This document shows, in pieces, positions 12,906-24,871 of a stretch of 64,000 bases of DNA. Made by a program: the position numbers and the translations under genes. Below the pieces are notes generated by a model. It was given only the letters and a program-made list of their open reading frames with translations. It had not been told where the DNA came from and made no database searches. The first letter of the stretch is position 1; the number at the start of each line of letters is the position of its first letter. Origin of the DNA: Octopus bimaculoides (taxonomy: Eukaryota); contig NC_068981.1 of NCBI RefSeq assembly GCF_001194135.2, forward strand, positions 99,441,485 through 99,505,484. The letters run 5' to 3'.

Positions 12906-14444
12906 CTTGAGACCTCCCTTTAGTGAAAAACAAATTAAAATAAACGAACATGAAATAAATTGTACATGTGTAAGTGACCTAGATGATAAAAATGCGATTA
13001 AACTTAGTGCAGAAATAAGGTTCCAGTCAAACGGCAGAGTACAAATTGATTGAAATGTAGTTTTGGTGCAAATATTGAAACATTTTTCATCCCTAAACAT
13101 AAAGTTAATAGTCTGAAAAAGTATTAACTTATTGAACATTCAACAGTCTGAAAAAATAAACCCAGTTACTACCAGTATCAAGTTGAAAAAATACTACATT
13201 ATTCAAGATCATTTTCTAGATTAAGAATATTACAGATTCAAGATCTGAAACAAAATTTTCATCATGTAAATTATGTTGGTTTATGCCTCTGTGCATTCTA
13301 AAATAGGCTTCATTTAAAAAGTTACAAGGAAAGAAAGCCTCAGAGTTAGGGTTCAGTGTTAAGTTGGTGAAATTTAATTCTGGTGAATGTTTTAAATCAA
13401 TACTTTGCCATTTTTAAAACGGTTTGTAAACATAGCAAACCGTGCTCTTATCTTTTGTCTTTTTTTAAAGTTTAATTACAATTTAGTGATCTCTTATTCC
13501 CACTGGTACTTTTTTCATTGTAATTCTTTAAATAAAACTTATTTTCGCATGCATATCGGAATTAGCTAACCTATTTCCTGTTTCAGAGCTTAAACTCTGG
13601 AATATCAATTAAGAAGATGAAGCTCAAACAGTAAAGTTAATAGCGATTGTATGAATTGAAAGCAACGATGTTACACGGATCTAAAACTAAAGGTACGTAA
13701 CTTTTGTCTTTGGTTATCGCCCTTGTTTGAAATTTCTTGCCAGTCTCTTAGAACATTGACTTTGAGAATTAACTACACAGTTTTTTCAAAATTTTTTTTT
13801 TATTGATCTTTTATTTTTGTACCATTTAATATGCTGAGATAAGAACTCTAAAAATGTAAACTTCAGTTTTCATTTGATCCTCCTTGGCATCTTCAAGTTC
13901 ATAGTGTCCAAATTATTTATTAATTCTGCACGACTATTGAAAGTTTACAAGGTTTAATTTAGTAAATCTCACAAAAGAATACCATAGCTTGCTTTTGTTT
14001 GAAACTACCTCACTACTTGTTGACATCTCTCAAGCTATGCATGAAATATTGTACATAGTCTCTTATTCCACAGAATAGATGACTATGTACAATGTGTGCT
14101 TTGACAGAAGCTTTTCAAACTTTGTATTGTAACAGTTTGAAACTACTCAAATTTTAGTTATGTCCTACTTTCTTCTGTTTCAAAGGCCCCAATGGACAAT
14201 GAGAAATACACTTTTTGTGTGTCATGGTTTTAACAAATTTACAATTAAATTAAAATTAAAACTTAAATTCCATGGAATTGTTGTTTCTAGGTTTTAAGCA
14301 TCATGTAATCATGACTTTATATATCATAGAATTCTGTGTCAATAAATTACCTACATTTTAAAATAGTTTACTCCTATTATTGATACCAAAAATTCATAGG
14401 AATATTTGAAACTGAAGAAATAATTGAGATCAACCAAACTGATT

Positions 14445-14700
14445 CTATCATGCAAACATTGCCATCATCATTTAATGTCCATTTTCCATGCTTGCATGGG
14501 TTAGACAGGAGCTGACCAGCTGGAAAGCTGCCTGGGTTCCATGTCTGTTTTGGCATGGTTTTTAATGGCTGGATGCCCTTCTTAATGTTAACCACTTTAT
14601 AGTGTGTACTGGATGCTTTTTACATGGTACCGACACCCATGAGCCCATAAGATTAAGAACACTCAGCTGAAGAAGGATGCAGGAGACATTTATATTATTG
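14445..14700 (-). mobile_element. RTE-type 3' tail
   Basis: Reverse complement of the tail family at 8195, 8575 and 22780. Confidence 0.65.
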
Positions 14701-15464
14701 ATTTTACATTGCCATGGGGTCACAAATTTATTGAAAAGGGATATAATTACCTGAGTATGATGTTCATGGAACAATGTATGGGATTGATTAGCTTCTACAA
14801 ACAGTCTTAAAATCAGTTGCCTGAAATGACTGATAAGTTAGTCATGGGTCATGAGTTCATATCCTACTGTTAGTGCTTTACAATGTGTCTGAATAAGACA
14901 TTTAATTCCTTTTTATCTCCTACTTATCAAGCTGAGGTCAAAGACTTTTCCATTCTTCCCAAGCATCAAATCTGGAGAAAACTGTCTGCAATAATTGACA
15001 TCATAGTTAATGTTGTATAAATCAGAATTAAGAGCCAGTATTTGTGAGAGGGTTAACTATATCAAACCAACTGACCATCTTCAAGTATGGAGACATAAAT
15101 TTTCTACATACTTTATAAATAAATTACTAGTTGAGTTATGTTTACTAAATACATTTGCTGATGAAGATAATGAACAAAAAATTAAATGAAGCAATAATCC
15201 ATGTGGCACCTTAATTCTTACTTAATTTACAGAACAAATACATCCTCAACATAAACTTTTTATCTCTACACAGACAAGAGAAAAACAGACTAAGCTGAAG
15301 AAGCTAACCTTATTTTCAGCTCAAATTTAGTAACAATAACTTTAGAAAAAAGATCTGAATAAGAAATTTTTTAAAAAGTTTGTGTAAATTTTAAGTAGAA
15401 GTATGCTTATATTTTGTCATACTCTGGGTGGCAGAGGTGTTTGTGAACTTAATACTCAGTTTAA

Positions 15465-15670
15465 GTAAGGTGGCAAACTGGCAGAATATTTAGCACACCG
15501 GACAAAATGCTTAGCAGCATTTTGCTCATCTTTATGTTCTGAGCTCAAATTTTGCCAATGTCAATTTTGCCTTTCATCCTTTTGTGATCGATAAAATAAG
15601 TACCATTGAGCACTGGGCTAGATGCAACTGACTTACTAACCAGAAACTGCTGGCCTTGTACTAAAATTTG
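15465..15670 (+). mobile_element. SINE family A
   Basis: GGTGGCAAACTGGCAGAA...TTGCCTTTCATCCTTT...GATAAAATAAGTACCA. Confidence 0.8.
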
Positions 15671-16462
15671 AAATCAATATTCAGTTTAAATCATTGAAAT
15701 TCATTAAGAAAATTAAAATTTAGGTAGAAAGTGGGTTCCAGTGAAGAAGAAAGATTAAAATTATAGCTAATATCTTGTGGAGGAAACTAAGATAGGAGGA
15801 TAGGTACATGCCGAGAACTTTGGATAACTTTTGAGGGTCTCTGGCCTGGCAATGTTACTGAGGAGCCTCACCTGTTCAGGATAAGCTCACCAGACACGGC
15901 CAGCCCGGTCCTTCGGCCTGTCCAAGATGTGAGCAGGATAGGGAAACCGTCCTGCACGCTATGATTCAGTGTCCGGAAGTGTTGGAAGTGTGGACTTATG
16001 CAGAACACCTGTCGTTGGATTCAAGAAGAGTACAGCTGTCATCTGAGTCAATTTTAGAAATTGAACCGCCAGGTCTCCTCATGAAAGAAGGTAAGAATTG
16101 CTTTCTCATAGTAGTAGCAATTATGAAAGAGGTGATATGGAAGCCGAGAATGAAAGGATTGGCAACAGGCAACTTCATCTCTGGTCTCGGGTTGGTGAGG
16201 TTCTTCACCATTCACCTGAAAAGGTAAGTGGGGCTGGAGAGAAGATGCCTGTCGGAGAGTATGTTCAAAGACAGATGGATGCATGTAGTACGGATGTTGT
16301 GCGTGAAAGACTCCTCATGAACATGTCATAAGTCTTAATGAAAGGTGCCGGTAGTAGAACAGCGCTTGTGGGGTCGGAGCTTAACCTGTTTTTACTACCT
16401 CATTGTGTGTTTGTAATTTTGTCTTTTATGTCGTATTTCATTGTAACTGCATTTAGATTTTT

Positions 16463-17000
16463 GGAAAGACTTCGCCTGTCTCCCCCATTTTCTCCCAAAT
16501 TTGTCTATTTTTGTAATTTCTTTTGCCAAAAATCCCCATTTTTGGATACAGAGGTTCCAGAAAATTGCCAAAAATTGGCATTGTGAAATCCCCCCCCACC
16601 AACTTCTTCAATTTTGACTTTTTTCCCCAACACTAACCCTAAAACCCTAACACCCTAATCCTAAAACCCTAAGNNNNNNNNNNTCGGAGCTTAACCTGTT
16701 TTTACTACCTCATTGTGTGTTTGTAATTTTGTCTTTTATGTCGTATTTCATTGTAACTGCATTTAGATTTTTGGAAATTTTTTTCAGAATCATAATCTCC
16801 GTATTTTTCCGCATATTTTGAAAAAAAAATTCTGATAAAAGTCAAAAATGAAGGAAATGGGGGTGTGGGGGTGGTAATTTAAAGATGTCGATTTTTGCCA
16901 ATTTTTTTTGCAGATTCGTATTCCCCGTAGCCGAAAAGTGGGGTCTGTGTCGAAAAAAAAAATTTTGGGGGTGGGAGGGGGGACGTGCGGAAGTCTTGCC
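16463..17000. mobile_element. Second Merlin-like element (spans a 10-N gap)
   Basis: Ends GGAAAGACTTC and GGAAGTCTTGCC; flanks AGATTTTT and AAATTTTT (7/8 TSD); CCCTAA tract at 16633-16672; right arm shared with 3545-3672. Confidence 0.7.
16674..16683. other. Assembly gap (10 N) with duplicated flank
   Basis: 16374-16467 is repeated at 16684-16777. Confidence 0.95.
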
Positions 17001-17870
17001 AAATTTTTAATTATACTCATCTGTGTGTCTGACACCGATCAGACTGTGCTGTCCCCTCTATGTTAGCAATAAAGAAACAAACCAAGTAGCTTCTTTGTTG
17101 TTGTACATATGAGGTGGGAATACTAATATACGAGTTCCATCAATTTGTTTTCACTGTTCATTAAATAGTCATTATGGAATTTTTAATGATTCATTTCACA
17201 CAATTTAACCTATATTTCCAAGATAATGACTTCTAATTAATATTATATGCCTTATTTGTTAACATAATCTAATAGTATCAAATAGTGTATATTTTTATTT
17301 TATTTTTCAATTTAACACACACACACACCATTGCTATAAGGCGGGAACAAGCAACCGATGTTTGAAGAAAGTAAGCAATGCAAAATAGTATTCGTTAATG
17401 AAAGTAAATCGATGGGAACCAAGTTCTTCAGTACTAACTTTTTGTCAAAGAGCTTGGAATTGCTAAATTCTTCCATTCACCACAATATACCTTCCATGAA
17501 GCTATCTCGTTTCTCTTAGGTGGACTGATGGGAACTGTGAATTCAAAGAATCTCTTCTGAGTGCTTTCATTCACATGAAAAATATCTCTCGAAACCATTT
17601 AGATCGAGGAAAATTAAGTATATTATTTTCAGCGGGAACTGTTAATTACTTCAAAATACTACACCAACTTTATACTAATTTCTGCAAGTCCTTCAGTAGT
17701 TATTGACGATGTTTATTTCTCGTCGCGATTCTTTGTTCCTTATGTTTTCACAGGTTGTTAGAGCAAGCAATAAATTTTGATTTCTGCTATGGTCATTGAG
17801 CAAAATGCACATTTAAAAAAATCCAATTTCCCTCCTCAATGGGGTTTATGAAACCTGTATAAATCTAACG

Positions 17871-18251
17871 GTGGCGGCGCAATGGCCCAGTGGTTAGGGC
17901 AGCGGACTCATAGGATTGCGGTTTCGATTCCCAGACCGGGCGTTGTGAGTGTTTATTGAGCGAAAACACCTAAAGCTCCACGAAGCTCCGGCAGGGGATG
18001 GTGGCGAACCCTGCTGTACTCTTTCACCACAACTTTCTCTCTCTTTTCTTCCTGTTTCTGTTGTACCTGTATTTCAAAGGGCCAGCCTTGTCACACTGTT
18101 ACGCTGAATATCCCCGAGAACTACGTTAAGGGTACACGTATCTGTGGTGTGCTCATCCACTTGCATGTTAATTTCACGAGCAGGCTGTTCCGTTGGTCGG
18201 ATCAACTGGAACACTCGACGTCGTAAGCGACGGAGTGCCAACAACAACAAC
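17871..18251 (+). mobile_element. Full-length tRNA-derived SINE with (AAC)n tail
   Basis: A box TGGCCCAGTGG, B-box-like GGTTTCGATTCCC, (AAC)n tail, 10-bp TSD AAATCTAACG (17861-17870, 18252-18261). Confidence 0.9.
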
Positions 18252-18798
18252 AAATCTAACGATATTTATCTCTAAACTCGCGCCCGGTGACATAAGACTC
18301 AAGTAGGATAACTCCCAACTGCATTACTTTGACAAGCCAGCGCGACTGGAGAGGCTCATGTTTAGACTTGAATTCTTCTGTTAGTGAATTCGACATTAAT
18401 TCGATCTACATTATTTTAAAATACTCATGCCACCGTGAAAATGTATGTACACATTTCTAATTCTATCCCAAGACAGTTACGAAATATACCAATGCTTTAC
18501 TGAAATACTCTATGAAGTGGATATCGCCTGAAGCACAGACATTTTGGGTTTTTATTTGAAATCCTTTATATTTGAATATCAGCTTTCGGTAGAGATATAT
18601 TTTGCAGATATCTGAGGAATTTCTTAGTATTTCTACTTTGATATTTGTTGTTTTTCATTCTCAGAACAGAAATTTTCGTTGAAAACAAATACTTTAAGTT
18701 TTCTTTTTGTATTTGTTTACAAATCTCTAACTGTGATACTTTCGGATTTTATAAATGTATAATATTTGTTTCTAATCGACTAGTCCATATCTTCTAGC

Positions 18799-20145
18799 AT
18801 GAATTTCTCTGAACTCTATCGCCAGTCTAATCAACTGTGCGAATTTTCACCGAACGGTGAATTCTTGGCTATTGGTAGCCATTACAAATTAATTATTCGC
18901 AATGTTATCACCTCACAAATTGAACATCTTTTCACTTGCATGGATTTTATTCAATACATAGAATGGTCCCGTGATTCAAGTTTGATTCTCTGTGGCATGT
19001 TTAAACGAGGTCTTGTGCAGGTATGGTCCCTGAAATATCTTGACTGGTCGTGCAAAATAGACGAAGGATCTGCTGGACTTCGAAATGTTCATTGGGGTCC
19101 AGATGGACTTCACATCTTAACCACTGCTGACTTCAACCTTCGTATAACTGTTTGGTCGCTCACCAACAAGAGTATATCATATATACGGTACCCCAAACAG
19201 TGCGAAAAGGGGTACGACTACAGTCAAGATGGCCTGTTCATGGCGCTGGCAGAACGCCGCGATTGTAGTGACTTTATAAGTATTTTTGCTTGCAAATCTT
19301 GGGAATTAATTAAACACTTTTCTTGTGCTACCGATGACCTCAATGGTTTGAAATGGTCACCTAGTGCCAGAATTTTAGCTGTTTGGGACTCTTTACTCGT
19401 GTACAAAATTTTAATGTATTCTGCTGATGGTTATCTTCTTCGAAAATATTCCCCCTATGAACATGCTTTGGGTATAAAATGTGTATCTTGGTCGCCAACG
19501 GGACAGTTTCTTGCTATCGGAAGCTTTGACGAAAAAGTTCGCTTGTTGAATAATATTTCGTGGAAGACATCGATGGAGAAGGGTCACCCACTGGTGGTAA
19601 AACCAGATAAAGTAACGATATATAAAGAAGAAGTTAGTATGGGCCCTTTACCGACATCTTTTGAGGAAATATCAAGTGCTATGGTGGCACTATGTTCTAA
19701 AGAAAGTAAGTATCATATTGTGAAAGAAGCCTTAGAAATTCCCAACATCAAGCCTTCTTTAAACAAGGCTAACCCTGAACTTGGAGTTAGCCAGGTTGAA
19801 TTCAGCTGCAATTCTCGTTATTTCTACACCAAGAATGACAATATGCCTTGTGTTTTATGGATATGGGATGTCAAAAACCTCTGTTTGTCTCACATTCTCG
19901 TTCATTTATCGCCTATTAAACATGTTCGTTGGGATCCAACCTCCGTACGATTGGCTCTTTCTACAGGGAACAAGCAGTTATATATGTGGACTCCATCGGG
20001 TTGTTTGAGTGCAGAGATCCCCATAGATGCCATGTTTCAAGTGAACACCCTAAAATGGCATCCTGACGGTAGTGCATTAGTTTTGATTGGTAAAGAAAAG
20101 ACGTGCATTTCTTATTTAACAGGAGAACAAACGGATGATCAATGA
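18799..20145 (+). CDS. WRAP73: WD repeat-containing protein WRAP73 (WDR8), single coding exon, 448 aa
   Basis: Intact ORF collinear with vertebrate WRAP73 as recalled: MNFSE...CEFSPNG, KRGLVQVWSL...WSCKIDEGSAGL, ITVWSL...YIRYPK, MALAERRDC, LGIKCVSWSPTGQFLAIGSFDEKVR, KNDNMP..LWIWD, LYMWTPSGC. Confidence 0.96.
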   Translation: MNFSELYRQSNQLCEFSPNGEFLAIGSHYKLIIRNVITSQIEHLFTCMDFIQYIEWSRDSSLILCGMFKRGLVQVWSLKYLDWSCKIDEGSAGLRNVHWGPDGLHILTTADFNLRITVWSLTNKSISYIRYPKQCEKGYDYSQDGLFMALAERRDCSDFISIFACKSWELIKHFSCATDDLNGLKWSPSARILAVWDSLLVYKILMYSADGYLLRKYSPYEHALGIKCVSWSPTGQFLAIGSFDEKVRLLNNISWKTSMEKGHPLVVKPDKVTIYKEEVSMGPLPTSFEEISSAMVALCSKESKYHIVKEALEIPNIKPSLNKANPELGVSQVEFSCNSRYFYTKNDNMPCVLWIWDVKNLCLSHILVHLSPIKHVRWDPTSVRLALSTGNKQLYMWTPSGCLSAEIPIDAMFQVNTLKWHPDGSALVLIGKEKTCISYLTGEQTDDQ

Positions 20146-20934
20146 CAACCAGTAAAGCATATCAGCTATCTTTTGTAAATTGTTTTCCTATCTATTTTTT
20201 ATTTTTCACCCCCTCCCCCCTCATATGCAATATAACCAAAACAAGCGAAAATTATCATGAATGAAAATGTGAAACAGTTTTTCTCTTTTTCATTTTAAAA
20301 TTGATATTTGCAGAACTGAGAAAACTCCAGGAAAATGAACATGTAATTGCCTTATTTTTAATAAGTAATATCTTTTGTAGCATGTTCTTGCTCTGAAATT
20401 AGAAACTTTCAGCTGCATTGATTTTGCTCATTTTTAATTTGAGCTTTTATATTTTTAAAAATTCAATTGTATCATAAACCCTTTCTTTTTTTTGTAACAT
20501 TTTTATGACTGATTAAATTATTTTTTGGTAATAATGTTTTATTTTGTCTATACATCAGAAAACTAATGCATAAATCATATGTATTAAATCTTTGTAACGC
20601 CCATTTTATCTTGTGTTGATTTATAATTCAGAGAATGAGTCAACAAATAAGCTTCTACATGCTGCCAAATCTCTCTTATCTCACCATACCATCTTACAAC
20701 TTTGATGACAGTTACTTGGTCAGGACTGACCTGGGGCTAAACAAAAAATTATTTTATTACTTTATTCATTAAACTGAGGTTATGACAAAGCATTTTCAAA
20801 GATTTCTTGATGACAACAATCTTAGTATGTATTTCAGCTTTTGAATTTCCAAGTTACATTTTTGTAAATCAGTGTTTTGAAATGCATATTCAACACACAA
20901 GCAAACATGCACATATACACACACTTGACATTTT

Positions 20935-21075
20935 TCTGTACAGTTTCTGTCTGTAAAAATTCCACTCATAAGGCATTGTTCAACTGAAAGCTTATAGTGA
21001 AATACTTGCCTGAGATGCTTCTCGGTAGACTCAAACCCAGAACTACATGGTTGTGAACTACTTCACTACTAAAAT
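20935..21075 (-). mobile_element. SINE family D fragment (CORE/OR-like)
   Basis: Reverse complement resembles the head of 56957-57323 (...GGCAAGT...). Confidence 0.55.
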
Positions 21076-21188
21076 CTTTAAATATTTCATATCTCAAAGT
21101 AGTATAATTTAACTGGGAGATAGATCACCACCAGAAATGTTGATGCAGCGTCTAGAAATATAGCTAAATATTGTTTTAATAATATATA

Positions 21189-21315
21189 TGAGAGGTGTAT
21201 GAAAAGTTTTGAGCCTTCAAGGCCTTTGAAGTCTTGTACTTTCATCAGAAGTTGTGTGCCATTTTTAAAAAATTTTTTTTTTTTTTTTAGGCTCAAGACT
21301 TTTACACCCCTTGCA
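21189..21315. mobile_element. Tc1/mariner-type MITE
   Basis: TA-flanked TIRs GAGAGGTGTATGAAAAGTTTTGAGCC and GGCTCAAGACTTTTACACCCCTTG. Confidence 0.7.
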
Positions 21316-21489
21316 TATTGACATCTAATCATATTCTCTCATGTTTGCCTGACTGCACAGAAAAAAAAAAAAACGCTCCACTCTTCAGAGTTGTCAAATA
21401 ATTAGCATTTGGAAAGTCATTTAGCTCTACAAATGATCATTTTAACAAACAATTCCTTTCATAAAGGCATTGAAAAATGAATGTGCAAA

Positions 21490-21783
21490 AAACTGTGACT
21501 TCTTTCTTTGGGGGTATGTGAAGAGTACAGTTTATGTACCACCACTACCTGCAACTATGGAGGAGCTGAAAATTTCGATCACTGAAGCAGTTTTTATGGT
21601 AACTCCAGATATGCTACTGAGCATCTGCACCAAACTGGACAATCACATCGATGTTTTCCAAGCAACCAGACGGGTCCACATTGAGTGCCTTTAATGCTAC
21701 CCTCTACCACAGGAAACTGAATGAAATCCTGCATCTGAAGCTGCTAACTGTGAAAGATTATTTGTCTTTTTGTGGACATCCTG
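21490..21783 (+). mobile_element. Tc1/mariner transposase 3' fragment with right TIR
   Basis: CDFFLWGYVKSTVYVPPLPATMEEL...HIECL; ends TTTTTGTGGACATCCTG then TA. Confidence 0.8.
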
Positions 21784-21961
21784 TACATCAAAACTGACAA
21801 ATAAATCTGAAACTAATGTCTTCTACAATAGTCTTGGGAAATGAAAATTAGAGACATGTCACAAGATTATAAATATTTTGTACATATATGATCATCCTTG
21901 CAGACATTACTTGTCCATTTTGTCTTGTGAAGACATCTTCATTATCAATATTTGTTATACT

Positions 21962-22156
21962 CAGGGCGGTGACCTGGCAGAAATGTTAGCATGCTGGACG
22001 AAATGCTTATTGGTATTTCGTCTGTCTTTGTTCTGAGTTCAACTTTGCCTTTCATCCTTTCAGGGTCGATAAATTAAGTACCAGTTGCATACTGAGATCG
22101 ATCTAATTAACTGGCCCCTCCACAAAAATTTCGGGCCTTGTGCCTAGAGTAGAAAA
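21962..22156 (+). mobile_element. SINE family A
   Basis: GGCGGTGACCTGGCAGAA...TTGCCTTTCATCCTTTCAGGGTCGATAAATTAAGTACCAG. Confidence 0.8.
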
Positions 22157-22779
22157 GTTTATTTGTTATACTCACCTGCAAGGAATGTCACTCATATTAT
22201 ACCCCATACCCTCACAAACGGTCTCTGCACCCCTCTGAACTGCTTAGATTCCTCATTCCTGTTCTCACTATTTCAATCAATCACCTTTCTGTGCCTTTAC
22301 CCACTGCCTGTTATCATTTCCCAACACCCACCTACTATAGCCCCTTATGTATCTCCACCTTGATCTACTGCTTTGTTCTGTTCTCCTTTCTGAGCCACTC
22401 ATTTATCTTATACTTTGCCCCTCTGCATACTGGCATTTCCTACCATTTGCACCCCCACCCTTGTTTATCACTCACTATACAAACCTCTGCCTCTATCTGG
22501 TACTCTTTTATGAAAGCATCTTCTCTTTCATTCCTTCCCATGATCTATGGTCCTTGTCCTCTTTTATACTCACCTTCTTGCTCCTTGAGTTTACTTTAGC
22601 ACCCCATAACTACCTTCCTCTTACCTCCTTCAGCCATATATCTCTATAGCAAAACATCTGTGCTTGTCCCTCTATCATACTTGCTATCAAATTCAACAAC
22701 TGGCATACATCCACTCACTTCCACTCCCAAATATTTCCTTTCAGTAGTTGAAGCTTTTTCCTTCCTTTTCTTCTCTGGT

Positions 22780-22955
22780 GGCATGAAAAAAAGCACCCTG
22801 TACGCTCTGTTAATTGGTTAGCATTAGGAAGGGCATCAAGCTGTAGAAACCATGCTAAAGATGACATTGGAGTTTGATGCAGCCCTGCAGATCATTTATT
22901 CCTTGTCAAACTGTCTTACCCATGTCAACAAATAAAGATGTTAAACAATGATGAT
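22780..22955 (+). mobile_element. RTE-type 3' tail
   Basis: TTAGGAAGGGCATC...GTAGAAACCATG...ATGATGAT. Confidence 0.65.
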
Positions 22956-24840
22956 TATAAATAAAGAAGGCTTAAACACAAAAAGGTATTCACCATAAGT
23001 AAGCAATGTCAGAAGAGATCTCTACAGATCTTGTGAACTTCAAACTCTTTGTTGATTGCATCAACAAATCAGAAAACAAAGTCAACTTTCATTTCAGTTT
23101 CTTTTGATTTGAACTTTGAAAAACATAACTGAATATTTAGAATAAAGAAGTAATTTATTTCATTAAAATTCAGAAATAAAAATAATCTTTTCAAAAATGA
23201 TATTTTAAAATAGCTTTCTCTACAAGTGAGATATAATATAGGTGAGAAATAAAAAGAAAAAAAAATATCAATTTCAATGAAGGCAGTGTTGTCTGAGCAA
23301 ACTTTTGTGGATAACTATTTTTAAACATGTCAATATCAGTAAAACAATGAAAAAATAAATAAATAAATAATTATAAAACCATGGATACATTTCTTACTTT
23401 GAACATACTGATTTCTTTTGGTGGGACACATGGCCACAAATTTTTAGGACATAGCTTAATCTCATATAATTTTAACAACTCTGGAAAAATAGAAAGCAAA
23501 GATGAACCTGGCACAATTTGATACCAAGAACACAAGGGAGGAAACTAAATATTATAAAATATTTAGTACAGCACCCTACAAAATTTGCTGACATACTGCC
23601 CATTTCACTCAGATTAATGATAATTCATAAAAGACAATATTAAAATAGAAGATTGGAACAATATACCAACAATCATACTGTGAATAAATAAATAATTTGC
23701 CCAGGGAAGACAGCAAAGATTTCAATATAATAAAAAAGATTTAAAAATAATAACTGAGATATAAAGAAGATATAGTAAATTTATGAGTTAAGATAAGTGA
23801 GATCTCCAAATTAAATATTGCAAGTGGTGTCTCAAACACATGAACAACAAAATGGTGCTTGGAATGAAATCTAATTCATTTTAATCAGCATATAAGTGGG
23901 GAATATCTGGTGAGTATTTGTGACTGAACTTAATTTAAACAGTAAACTTCACTACACAAAATATTGTGCACATCACCCTATTACTGAGAAGTATTATACT
24001 ATGTTGTAAGAAAAGGGTAAGGAGAGTTTTGTCACAGATTATTAAGAAGTTGCAAAACAACTGTTTTCCACATTAGATGAAACATTAAGAAGCAGTCAGT
24101 TGAAAGTTATGAAATTATCACTGCAAACTAATAAAACTTACCAGAGACCAGACTTGACTCTGCTGTATTCCCCCTTCACCCTGGTATCTGTTAACAGCAA
24201 AGTGAACAAGGTATAAGGAGAATCAAGGGTTTGGTTAAGGATACAGCACATTGGCAGTGACTGAATAAGAAATATTAACCTTTCTGCTGACATTCTAATT
24301 TTTCAGCTATGGCAGTTTTTATTAAAATAGTGTTTTGGTTTAATAATTTTTTTTTCCAAGTTAGGAGAGGCTAATTATGAAGACTGAAGTGTTTATGGCA
24401 TAAAATAGTCTCAATTTTCATTAGAGTACAAAAGACCAACATGAGTCCACTGCTAGGAGGCCTTAGTTTATGGATTATTTTACTAAATCAATATATGATA
24501 AATTTGAGCTGGAAGTTCACTGACCATTATTAGTTTAAATATGAAATATTTAGAAGATCTGAAACATAATGCCTTGGCTGTGGAGATTGAAATGTGAAAG
24601 CATCCTATTGTTCTCTTAAGTAAACAGAAAAACAATTAGGAATCTCTTGCACATCTATTTCAGGATAATTGTTCCTCATCAGAAATATATTACTTTGAAT
24701 CTAAATCATTTTATATACATATTTGATGTGTCACTGCATGAAACTCTTGGATCTTGAGTCACTCTGTTGCTTCTGCTAAATATTAATAAAAAAATATAAA
24801 CTTATATTTTGAGTTCCATTTTTCCTGTTTGCTTCACCAA

Positions 24841-24871
<31 letters not shown>

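Larger units (their letters stand above)
15825..17085 (+). mobile_element. L1/Tx1-clade LINE 3' fragment (zf-RVT region plus 3' UTR), interrupted by a MITE and a gap
   Basis: CPRCEQDRETVLHAMIQCPEV zinc-knuckle at about 15925-15985; the T-rich 3' UTR resumes after 17000 and ends with AATAAA near 17068. Confidence 0.75.

Noticed and set aside
16374-16777. 94-bp direct repeat; also the 20-bp repeat at 53082-53131
   Set aside because: Each pair straddles a 10-N gap, typical of unmerged contig overlap.
17871-17945. tRNA gene
   Set aside because: The A/B boxes continue into a multi-copy SINE body with tail and TSD; no complete cloverleaf. The same applies to the other SINE heads.
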